Origin: a virus
Strand: one strand, 5' to 3'
Length of the DNA: 64,000 nucleotides
Virus record (IMG/VR): IMGVR_UViG_3300044712_000688
Location: 32,001-96,000 of that record
The stretch's first letter is position 1. Every line of letters starts with the position of its first letter. The position numbers and the translations under genes were made by a program. A model generated the notes under the pieces. It was not told the origin of the DNA. It made no database searches and saw only the letters and a list, made by a program, of their open reading frames with translations. Below are positions 18,036 through 26,500 of this stretch, piece after piece.

Positions 18036-18423
18036 GTCGGCGTGCCTAAGAAGTCCATTAGCGGATTGAGCAAACTCGTTTCCCCCCTTTCCAAAATCGC
18101 TCTCCGCTAACGGATTAGGAATTCCTATCAGTTCCCCCACTGGTAGGGATTTCGCTTTGCCCGGACTAGACGGATACGCGCAAGAGCTGCGAGCGCGTGA
18201 AGATCGATCTGGACTTTCCACGGATATGTGCCCGGGTCTTAATCAGGATCACGATCACTGGAACTTACCAAAGCTTCGGGGATCGTTAGCTGTGCCCGGG
18301 GCTGATCGATCAGAGAGCAAGGCCGGACCTGGCGAGAGCTGCTACGAAACTTCCAACGAAGATGTTTGTTTTGTCGCTGATGTGTGCTACTATTTACTTG
18401 TTGCCAAAAGAAGGGAAACGACA

Positions 18424-18711
18424 ATGTGCGACAACTGTGGAAACGACACCCCAAACTTCGCTGAAATGGAGTTGGACGAGAGGGACATTGCTGGCATTGC
18501 TCTTACTGCCATTGGTGTCTTTGTCGAGGACTACTGTAAGCAGGGATACGCTGACCCAAGGATGTATCGCTTGCTGGAACTTGCGACTGAACTTGGTAAG
18601 AAGTTTGGTAGCGAGGGATTGCTGAACTACTTGGAAACCACCAAGATTTACGCTGGTATGACCATTGACCATTTGATTGAGGAACACAACCTAACTGGAG
18701 AGGAGAACTAA
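18424..18711 (+). CDS. Hypothetical protein (N-terminal CDNC)
   Basis: GAAGGGAAAC RBS; the ORF-track extension to 18157 runs through spacer DNA. Confidence 0.75.
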   Translation: MCDNCGNDTPNFAEMELDERDIAGIALTAIGVFVEDYCKQGYADPRMYRLLELATELGKKFGSEGLLNYLETTKIYAGMTIDHLIEEHNLTGEEN

Positions 18712-18713
18712 AA

Positions 18714-19571
18714 ATGCCAAACTGGGTTTACAACACCCTGAGCGTTTCAGGTTCAAAGGAAAAGATTGCTGAGTTCAAGGAACTGGCAGGACGCAAAGCA
18801 CCAACTGGATTCGATAGCGAAACTGGCGTGCTGACTTACGATAACAAGGAGGAGGTCTTGTCGTTCTGGAACTTCAAAGAGCCAAAGGACAAGGCTGTTT
18901 ACTTTGGGGCGAGCGACTACAAGCCAGAGGGCTACGACTCTTGGACTATGGAAGAGCGTATGGCTCACTCTATGAAGTTCTCATCTGATGGCTGGTATGA
19001 CTGGAACATTCGTGAGTGGGGCACTAAGTGGGACGCTTGTGATGTGGACTTGAATGACGACAGCGAAACCTCGCTGGGCTACTCGTTCAATACGGCGTGG
19101 AGTATTCCCGAGCCTGTGTTCGTGGCTATGGTTCAGAAGTTCCCGACTTTGGACTTCGAGTTCTGGAGTGAGGAAGAGCAGGGCTGGGGTGCGGAGTTCA
19201 CTTCTTCGGACGGCGACGAGGACGGCGAGCGTTCCTTGATTATGACTAAGGAATGGGACATCCCCGACAGCCACCAAGACTATGTGGACAGGGACAGGGA
19301 GGATTCCTGTAATTGTGCGAGCGACCCTGACGACGACGAGTATTGGTATGACGACTGCCCTCGTCCCGAAAAGGAGTTCGAGGTTGTAGTTCGGCAAGTC
19401 ATTCGCATTACGGCGAAGTCGGCTGAATCGGCGTGGGAGATTGCGAACGGCGTGCTGGAAAACTTCACCAACGCCGAGCAACCAGACGGCGTGCGTATTA
19501 GCGAGGACAGCGTGGCGTGGGTTGAGGAAGACGGAGTGCGTGTCTATCCGACCTTGACCGAGGTTGCCTAA
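18714..19571 (+). CDS. YubB/DUF1281 ferredoxin-like domain protein
   Basis: MPNWVYNTL...WYDWNIREWGTKWDA...FNTAWSIPEP. Confidence 0.8.
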   Translation: MPNWVYNTLSVSGSKEKIAEFKELAGRKAPTGFDSETGVLTYDNKEEVLSFWNFKEPKDKAVYFGASDYKPEGYDSWTMEERMAHSMKFSSDGWYDWNIREWGTKWDACDVDLNDDSETSLGYSFNTAWSIPEPVFVAMVQKFPTLDFEFWSEEEQGWGAEFTSSDGDEDGERSLIMTKEWDIPDSHQDYVDRDREDSCNCASDPDDDEYWYDDCPRPEKEFEVVVRQVIRITAKSAESAWEIANGVLENFTNAEQPDGVRISEDSVAWVEEDGVRVYPTLTEVA

Positions 19572-19658
19572 CCCCTAACGGACAGAGAACACCAGTGGCG
19601 AGAGAGCTGCTGGTGTTTTTTGTTTGACGGATAGGCGTGCGTGGACTACGCTGATCGT

Positions 19659-19961
19659 ATGAAAAATGAAATGCTTTACCGCGAAGCCCTCGGACACATT
19701 GTTCGAGAGGAACGGATCGATCAGGGACTGACTCTACGCCAGGTCGCAGCTCGTGCGAACATCGCACTCGGATACCTAAGCGAGGTCGAGCGCGGACAGA
19801 AAGAGCCGTCCTCTGTAATTGTGGAATGCCTAGCAACCGGACTTGGTCTAAGTACAGGCGAGCTGATTATTCGCGCCGGGATCCTGGTGGGTGGATACAA
19901 CATTCCAGATACTGTCGAAGAGCTGCTGGTCGATCTAGGCCAAAAAACTTTCGCCAAATAG
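19659..19961 (+). CDS. XRE-family HTH regulator, ClgR-like
   Basis: LYREALGHIVREER..QGLTLRQVA..ANIALGYLSEVERGQKEPSS; TTGACG-N17-TACGCT-N6-ATG (leaderless). Confidence 0.85.
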   Translation: MKNEMLYREALGHIVREERIDQGLTLRQVAARANIALGYLSEVERGQKEPSSVIVECLATGLGLSTGELIIRAGILVGGYNIPDTVEELLVDLGQKTFAK

Positions 19962-20036
19962 TTTGTATTTTCTCTGACTTAGTGTAAACTGGGGGCGTGC
20001 CTGAAAAAGAGTAGGGCGTAGGGAAAGGGAAGTCCA

Positions 20037-20510
20037 ATGGGACTAGATATGTATCTATCTGCTCGCAAGTACGTGAGTGGTTACGATTTCAACAAAGAGC
20101 CAGAAAAGCAGGCGTACGCTGAAGTTCTATCTGCTAGTGGCTTGACCAAGTCAGACTTGGAATATGGGAACCCAAGTGCCAACATCGTGATTAGCGTGGG
20201 GTACTGGCGCAAGGCGAACCAAATCCACAACTGGTTTGTTCAGAATGTTCAGGGTGGGGTTGATGAGTGCCAAAGGGCTTGGGTATCTCGTGAGCAACTG
20301 GCTGAACTTCTTCAGGCGTGCGAAACTGTTTTGGCTGATGCCACGAAGGCCGAAGAGTTGTTGCCACCACAGAGTGGGTTCTTCTTCGGAAGTACTGACC
20401 TTGATGAGTGGTACTACGAAGATGTGAAGTACACCGCCAAAATGCTGAACCACCTTTTGACTTCGGAAAATCTGAAGGAGTACGATTTCGAATACCAATC
20501 CAGTTGGTAG
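20037..20510 (+). CDS. Conserved phage protein (MGLDMY...YWRKANQIHNWF...SGFFFGST)
   Basis: Widely recurring phage hypothetical motifs; strong RBS. Confidence 0.85.
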   Translation: MGLDMYLSARKYVSGYDFNKEPEKQAYAEVLSASGLTKSDLEYGNPSANIVISVGYWRKANQIHNWFVQNVQGGVDECQRAWVSREQLAELLQACETVLADATKAEELLPPQSGFFFGSTDLDEWYYEDVKYTAKMLNHLLTSENLKEYDFEYQSSW

Positions 20511-20748
20511 TCGTTTCCCTAAAAAGCAAGAACCCTCGCCTTCGGGCGGGGGTTCTTGTTTGGCGTGAGCGCAGCTGAACCGGATCAATGGATTACGCGC
20601 TCGCGGTTTGGGTGATCCAGGCTGGGGGCTACCGTCGGAACTTCCAACGAAAAAAATTTCTCGTATGAAGTTGCGTATTATCGGCGTATCCTGCTAAACT
20701 CTAAGGGTGGACGAAAAAGTTCACTTGGAAACTATCAAAGGGAAACAA

Positions 20749-21138
20749 ATGGAAACCGTATCAGTCACTGGTCTAGTAGCAACCACACCTCGCCACATCG
20801 TAACTCAGGACGGCTTGCCGATTACTTCATTCCGTCTCGCGAGTTCTTACCGTCGGTTTGACCTCAACCAAGGCAAGTGGGTGGACGGCGAGACGAATTG
20901 GTTCACCGTCACTTCGTTCAAGCAACTCGCTATCAACGCGTCTCAGTCTGTAAGCAAGGGCGACCGTATCACCGTCACTGGCACTCTTCGCGTTCGCGAC
21001 TGGGACACTGGCGACCGTTCAGGAACTTCGGTTGAACTTGAGGCTACCTCAATGGGACACGACCTCGCTTGGGGAACTTCGGTTTTCACTCGCACCGTTT
21101 TGGTTCGCGAGGTTGAGCCTGAGGAGGAGTTAGTCTAA
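20749..21138 (+). CDS. ssb: Single-stranded DNA-binding protein (short actinobacterial type)
   Basis: VTGLVATTP...SFRLAS..RRFD...WVDGET.WFTV..F..LA.N...SV.KGDR.TVTG.LRVRDW. Confidence 0.9.
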   Translation: METVSVTGLVATTPRHIVTQDGLPITSFRLASSYRRFDLNQGKWVDGETNWFTVTSFKQLAINASQSVSKGDRITVTGTLRVRDWDTGDRSGTSVELEATSMGHDLAWGTSVFTRTVLVREVEPEEELV

Positions 21139-21297
21139 CCGCCAACTCAACCCGACAACCTGAGCAAGTTGTAAAACTGCTCGCCACTTATTTCTGGCTG
21201 GTCCAGGCGCGATCGATCTGCAGCTGGAGATCAAGGCTCGAAAAAAAGTTTCTGGCGTGTCGTTGAAAATGTCAGTGGGTGGTGCTACATTTGAAGT

Positions 21298-21504
21298 ATG
21301 TCAAACAGAAAAGAATTCAAGCAGATAGTCAAGGTCGCCGAGTCCAAGGGCTGGGTCGTGACTCTGACTAAGGGGGGACACTTGAAGTGGACTTCGCCAA
21401 CTGGGCAAATAGTTTTTTCCGCGTCCACGCCGTCAGACGGGCGTGCCGTCAAAAACCTAGTGTCGGAACTTCGCCGACACGGAATCACAATCGAGAGGAA
21501 ATAA
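21298..21504 (+). CDS. HicA-like toxin (mRNA interferase fold)
   Basis: GWVVTLTKGGHLKWTSPTG...STPSD...NL..ELRR; leaderless promoter TTGAAA-N17-TACATT. Confidence 0.7.
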   Translation: MSNRKEFKQIVKVAESKGWVVTLTKGGHLKWTSPTGQIVFSASTPSDGRAVKNLVSELRRHGITIERK

Positions 21505-21505
21505 A

Positions 21506-21709
21506 TTGAGCAAGCAGGTATTTTTTGTCATTGGCGTTGATTTAGATGATAAAGAGGTTTTTATCGCAGATGACACTTATTCAGCGCGGTTTAGTGAAGA
21601 TGAGCAAGTTTGGGATACAGACGCAAACGAGTGGATTGAAGATGACGATAGGAAATACTATCTCGATGCGTTAGACCTTTTGAACACGAAGCGTCTAGCA
21701 AAAGACTAG
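21506..21709 (+). CDS. Acidic hypothetical protein
   Basis: TTG start directly after HicA-like gene. Confidence 0.6.
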   Translation: MSKQVFFVIGVDLDDKEVFIADDTYSARFSEDEQVWDTDANEWIEDDDRKYYLDALDLLNTKRLAKD

Positions 21710-21822
21710 GGGCGCGGCGCTCGCCGGATCGCTGGAAAAAAACTTTCGTTGAAAGTTGCCAAAATGTCGGCATAGTATGCTAAAGTTCTATTAGTTGGGA
21801 AATGCCCAACAGTTAGGGAGAC

Positions 21823-22032
21823 ATGGAACCTCAAGTTCTAACTGACGCACTAGCGTCAATCGCAGATGCCAACTCGAAGTTGGATGCCATTCAACCACTA
21901 TCCGAGGCTGTTTCTAGCCTTATGGTCGTGGCTAACCTTTTGACTGACCTCAAGATGTTTGAGCAGGTCAATTCGGTTCTCGAAGTATCAAACTCACTTC
22001 TGGAAATCGTGAACTCACGCCTAAACGCTTAG
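21823..22032 (+). CDS. Helical hypothetical protein
   Basis: Own promoter, RBS and terminator (22045-22083). Confidence 0.75.
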   Translation: MEPQVLTDALASIADANSKLDAIQPLSEAVSSLMVVANLLTDLKMFEQVNSVLEVSNSLLEIVNSRLNA

Positions 22033-22233
22033 GCTAGGTTCGAGAGCGAACGCTCACCCTTCGGGGTGGGCGTTTTCTCTTTGTCCGGTGAGTGGAGAGC
22101 TGCAACTCAGATCGATCTAACCCTGGCCGGCCGATCCCGAGCTGGTGAAAAGTTTTCTTCGTTGGTTGTTGCGTTTTTTATCAGTTGATGGTAATTTTGT
22201 TGTGTAGCGAGTTGCTACGGAAAGTAGGGAAAA

Positions 22234-22464
22234 TTGAAGTTTTACATTCGCAGGGCAGTTGTTGGAATTATCTCAATTCCATTCGTGGCTGGTGCTTGGT
22301 GCTTTTTCTATTTGTTGTTGTTGCTGGCTGGTGGCGAGAGTAATCAAACCATTACCGAAACTTTTCAGAATGGTATTTTGATTGGAGTTGTTTTGGCATT
22401 GGTTTTCACTTTTGCCCCGCAGGTGAATGCTTTCGTGGAAAAGTTCACTGGCTCACCTGACTAA
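22234..22464 (+). CDS. Two-TM membrane protein
   Basis: GTAGGGA RBS, TTG start, two hydrophobic segments. Confidence 0.7.
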   Translation: MKFYIRRAVVGIISIPFVAGAWCFFYLLLLLAGGESNQTITETFQNGILIGVVLALVFTFAPQVNAFVEKFTGSPD

Positions 22465-22667
22465 CATTCGTTCGAAGTCAACCCCGCAGCTCTCGCAGCT
22501 CGTGGGGTTTTCTTCTGCCCTGGCTGGTTGATTGATCGCCGGAGATCCTGCAGCTGAAAAGTTTGAAGATCTTAGGGCTGAAAAAGTCTGGGCGAGTTGT
22601 TGCAAAATGTCAGGGGTCTATGCAATAATTAGGTGTGGTCAAGTTGACCACCTACGAAGGGAAACTA

Positions 22668-23192
22668 ATGGGAACTCGAAACCTAACCGCAGTAATCAAG
22701 AATGGCTCACCTGTAATCGCGCAGTATGGCCAATGGGATGGCTACCCCGAAGGTCAGGGAGCAACTGTCTATGAATTTATCAAGGGCGCTGGCGTTGCGA
22801 AACTTGAAGCGAACTTGGACAAGGCTTACTGGGCAGACGAAGCCGAACTCAAGGCGATTGACTTGAAGTATGCTGGCCCCGATGGCTGGATGACTATGGA
22901 ACAAGCCGAAGCATTTGGCAAGGATTATCCAAGTCTCTCGCGCAACACTTGTGCCGAAATCCTAAGCGTGGTTGCCAACGCAACCGAGCGTGTGCCATTG
23001 GTCAACGAAATGGAATTCTTACAGGACACTCTGTTTTGCGAGTGGGCGTATGTGCTTGACCTTGACGTTCACACTCTCAAGGTCTACGCTGGGTCAACCG
23101 AGCCTTGTGCCGAGTTTGACCTTTACAGTATGCCAAGCACTCTTGCCGAGTTTGTGAAGGGTTGCTACAGCGCGAGCGAGTCTCGCGTCTAG
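22668..23192 (+). CDS. Conserved phage/plasmid protein (MGTR...YGQWDGYPEGQG...EWAY..D)
   Basis: GAAGGGAAAC RBS; recurring motif family. Confidence 0.8.
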   Translation: MGTRNLTAVIKNGSPVIAQYGQWDGYPEGQGATVYEFIKGAGVAKLEANLDKAYWADEAELKAIDLKYAGPDGWMTMEQAEAFGKDYPSLSRNTCAEILSVVANATERVPLVNEMEFLQDTLFCEWAYVLDLDVHTLKVYAGSTEPCAEFDLYSMPSTLAEFVKGCYSASESRV

Positions 23193-23423
23193 TCGCAACA
23201 AAAGAATGCCCCCGCAGAAATGCGGGGGTTTTCTTTTGTCTGGAGATCTTCGAACTAGCTGACCCGCCGGACCGCCTGGACTGCAGCTCGAGAGTGGAAA
23301 ATTTTCGTTACAAATCTGTTACCAAAAAAGTTGCCTCTGGACTTGACTTGCGAAATGTATGCCACTAGGCTTGGTATTACAAGCGAACACAAGGTTGGCT
23401 TGTTTTCTAGGGAAAGGACGAAA

Positions 23424-23723
23424 ATGGCTAAGGCTGTTGTCGTTGATGTTGTGGCACTGATTGACGAACTGATTGAGGTTCGTGAAGCAAAGGCTGAACT
23501 GTCTGCTCGTGAGAGCGTAATCCGCAAGTCGGTTCTTGGAGCGACTGGCAACACTGCTGTTCAGATTGCTGACGAGGCTGGCGTGATTATCGCTGAGGTC
23601 ACTGAGAGCGTTCGCCGTTCAGTCGGGGACTGGGACGAGTTCGAAGCGACCTATCCAGAGGCTTACGAGGCTCTGGTCAAGTTCACTGATGTGCTGACTC
23701 TCAACACTCTCAAAAAGAAGTAA
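23424..23723 (+). CDS. Coiled-coil small protein, paralogue of 30149-30451
   Basis: Near-identical C-terminus IAEVTESVRRSV.DW.EFEATYPEAYEALVKFTDVLTLNT. Confidence 0.8.
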   Translation: MAKAVVVDVVALIDELIEVREAKAELSARESVIRKSVLGATGNTAVQIADEAGVIIAEVTESVRRSVGDWDEFEATYPEAYEALVKFTDVLTLNTLKKK

Positions 23724-23972
23724 GTCGAGAAATCGCAAACCCCTCAGTCGAGAGACTGGGGGGTTTTGCTTTATCCCGAAATCTGGTCAATCCGCCGGAC
23801 CGCCTGGACTCTCGCCGAGATCGCTGTTCGTTCGTTCGTTCGAAGTTATGAAGCAGCTTAGTGGCAGCTCGTGGCAGCTCGTGAGCGTTACAAATTCGTT
23901 ATCAAAAAATACTTGACACGCTTTGGGTTGGGTAGTATATTTGAAGTTAGAAAGGGAGATAGGGGGTGTGAG

Positions 23973-24029
23973 ATGTGTGAGGACTTTCCTTGCTGTGGCC
24001 ATGACCATGGCGACTGCCCAAGACGGTAG
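23973..24029 (+). CDS. 18-aa Cys/His micropeptide MCEDFPCCGHDHGDCPRR
   Basis: Own promoter TTGACA-N17-TATATT, AGGGGGTG RBS, terminator 24035-24068. Confidence 0.7.
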   Translation: MCEDFPCCGHDHGDCPRR

Positions 24030-24189
24030 TTGATAAAGAGCCCTGGCTTCGGCCAGGGTTTCTTTTTGCCCGGACCGGACCGGAGCTGATCTTGCAGCTT
24101 GTCAATCTGCCAGAAATTCCGTTATCTTTTTGTTATGGAAATTTGTACAAACTGACTTGCGCTAAGTGGCAAAGTGTGGTTTACTATTA

Positions 24190-24368
24190 CTAACAATTCA
24201 ATAGTGTTCTTAGTCGCAACATCTAATGGCTATGGATTACCAACTTGGGCTTGATACTAGTAAGAGTCGCTCGTTTGTAAATACGGTTTCAGATTTCCCT
24301 TCGACAAGAAATGAGAATTGGTCTCTGCAGAGACAGAACCCCCTAGGCGACGGTCTGGGGGGTTTTCT
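24190..24368 (+). ncRNA. Candidate small RNA cassette (promoter to terminator, no RBS-led ORF)
   Basis: TTGCGC...TACTAT (24157-24187) and terminator 24337-24368; only ORF lacks an RBS and runs through the terminator. Confidence 0.4.
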
Positions 24369-24521
24369 CATTTCTGGGGTGGTCGATCCGGCGTGATGCG
24401 TTTCGATCGGATTCAAAGCTGCAGCTCGCCAGGGCCGGATCGATCGACACGCAGCGAAAACATTCGTTGAAAGTTTTCCTTATGTATGGTAAGTTTGTAG
24501 TGGATAGAAAGGGGTAGCCAA

Positions 24522-24839
24522 ATGGCTCGAATTCCAAATTACAAGATTGAAGAAAAACTGAAGAACTTTGAAAGTTTTGAGAACTACAACCGAACCATTA
24601 CCGCGGTTCGTGACGGTTCTCGCTATTCGATTGTTCACTGGAACACACCGATTCTTGAGTATGACGTGGACAAGTCTGAGATTGTCATGTTTCGCAGTTA
24701 CCACATTTCTCAAACAACTAGCACGCTGGTCGGCCGTATCTTGCGCTCGCTACCGCCCGAAGTTGTGCTTGAGATGTCGCGCAAGTTTTCGGAGCGCCGA
24801 GAGCAGTATCGCATTTTGAAAATGGCTCGCTTGATTTGA
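24522..24839 (+). CDS. Hypothetical protein
   Basis: GAAAGGGG RBS; terminator 24849-24884. Confidence 0.75.
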   Translation: MARIPNYKIEEKLKNFESFENYNRTITAVRDGSRYSIVHWNTPILEYDVDKSEIVMFRSYHISQTTSTLVGRILRSLPPEVVLEMSRKFSERREQYRILKMARLI

Positions 24840-25031
24840 AAGTGAGCAAACCGGAACCCCGCCCAAGTGGCGGGGTTTTGTTTTGATCGGATCTAGTGCC
24901 GAGAGCTCGCCCCGGGTTCGCAGCTGATCGATCTGAAGACACGAAAGAAAATGTTCGTTGGAAGTTGCGTGTTGTTTCGAAATGCGGTATCTTTTTATTA
25001 GGCGAAAACGCCTAAACGAAAGGGAAACGAA

Positions 25032-25349
25032 ATGGCAATGACCAAGAGAACAGCACACCTTTTGACTAGTGACTTTTGCCTAAAGGGTCACGACATTCGG
25101 GATAAAGAAGTTGCTCTCACTAGACACAATAGGCGCAACGGTGACGGCGAAATTGTTGGCGTGACGATTAGGTGTCGTGTCTGCTGGAACGATACCAGTA
25201 GGGAGCAGATGTATAAATTCAGGAAAACCGCTGGAACACCTGCTCTACAAATCAAGCGCTTACTAATCAAGCACCCAGAACTCGCACCTGCTCTACTGGA
25301 ACACGCTAAAAACCTGCTGTTGGCGCAGGCTATGAGCGTCAAGTCTTAG
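25032..25349 (+). CDS. Zn-finger protein (CLKGH...CRVC)
   Basis: AAACGAAAGGGAAACGAAATG start motif. Confidence 0.75.
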   Translation: MAMTKRTAHLLTSDFCLKGHDIRDKEVALTRHNRRNGDGEIVGVTIRCRVCWNDTSREQMYKFRKTAGTPALQIKRLLIKHPELAPALLEHAKNLLLAQAMSVKS

Positions 25350-25396
25350 CAACTATCTCTGTAACAACTACCAACCAAAAACGAAAGGGAAACAAA

Positions 25397-25777
25397 ATGG
25401 CAAACTTTGATTTGATCGAGGAACGCGTTGAAGACGCAAAGGCAATTGCTTGGGACACTTGCCACAAGATTTATGTTCTTATGGATGATGAACAAGTCTC
25501 ACTTATGCGTAAGTATGAGTATGACCCGATTATCACCAAAGACGAAATGACCGCAACTGAAATGGCAGAGACTATCAAGAAGTGGTATGACGAAAGTTGT
25601 GGTTTGCGTTTCGTGAGCGCGGTCTCAACTATGCCCGAAGGTCAAGACGCTAACGAAGGTTTCGAAACCCTAATCGGGCAATTCGAAGAAGACGATTGTG
25701 AAGATTGTGGTGAGCGCGGTTGCGCTGGTGTCTGTAATGACTACGAAGACGAAGACGAAGAAGAAGAAGAAGACTAG
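25397..25777 (+). CDS. Acidic protein (WDTCHKIY..MD) with C-terminal CxxC-CxxxC and D/E tail
   Basis: Start motif; ORF track. Confidence 0.8.
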   Translation: MANFDLIEERVEDAKAIAWDTCHKIYVLMDDEQVSLMRKYEYDPIITKDEMTATEMAETIKKWYDESCGLRFVSAVSTMPEGQDANEGFETLIGQFEEDDCEDCGERGCAGVCNDYEDEDEEEEED

Positions 25778-25934
25778 GGGGTGAGCTAAGCTTCGGCCGC
25801 GCTCGCGGATCGAAGTGGTCGCCCTGGTCGATCGATCGCCGGACACGAAAATAATCTTCGTTAGAAGTTGCGCTAACAACCAAAATACAGTATCTTTGTA
25901 GTAGGCAAATTGCCTAGAAAGTAGGGAAAGAAAA

Positions 25935-26144
25935 ATGAGTTTCGGAGAGCCGAAGTATCCAGATGTTCAGGTTCAGTTGGTCGGGGAAGACGGAAACGCT
26001 TTCGCGATTATGGGGCGTGTGGCTAGCGCACTAAAGAGCGCAGGTGTGTCTCAGTCTGAGATTGACGAATACTATGCCGAGAGCACAAGTGGCGATTATG
26101 ACCACTTGCTACGCACCGCAGTCAAATGGGTGGCGGTGGCATAA
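25935..26144 (+). CDS. Conserved small phage protein (LVGEDGNAFAIMGRV...GDYDHLL)
   Basis: Recurring motif family. Confidence 0.8.
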   Translation: MSFGEPKYPDVQVQLVGEDGNAFAIMGRVASALKSAGVSQSEIDEYYAESTSGDYDHLLRTAVKWVAVA

Positions 26145-26491
26145 TGGGAGACCGCTCGCTGATTCAGATTGAGAGCAAGTCTTTCAAGACCCCGATTACC
26201 CTTTATGGACACTGGTCGGGTGGAGATAACCTAATCGCTGTTCGCAATGTGCTGACTCGCACTGACCGAATCGGAGACCCAAATTACCTAACCGCGCAGC
26301 TGTTCTATGAGTTCGCGGTGGCTTTGGGTGGCTACGCCGGAGAGTTGTCTTTCGGGATTGACGCCTATGGTGCTAGCGAGAGCGATGTCTGGGTTGATAA
26401 CGACACAGTGGTTGTGAACGCCGACACTGGAGAGTATTCAGTCGGTGGAGAATTGTTTACCGAATTTGCGAAAGTCGCAGATAGCGTGTAA
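26144..26491 (+). CDS. Conserved phage protein (MGDRS...LYGHWSG...DP.YL)
   Basis: Coupled to upstream gene; ATG 26144. Confidence 0.75.
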   Translation: MGDRSLIQIESKSFKTPITLYGHWSGGDNLIAVRNVLTRTDRIGDPNYLTAQLFYEFAVALGGYAGELSFGIDAYGASESDVWVDNDTVVVNADTGEYSVGGELFTEFAKVADSV

Positions 26492-26500
26492 ACTGATAGA

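Noticed and set aside
18157-18423. ORF-track N-terminal extension and many short ORFs in spacers (e.g. 22532, 26641, 29769, 30497, 31401, 31432)
   Set aside because: They run through terminators, promoters and palindrome clusters, lack RBSs and have low-complexity translation
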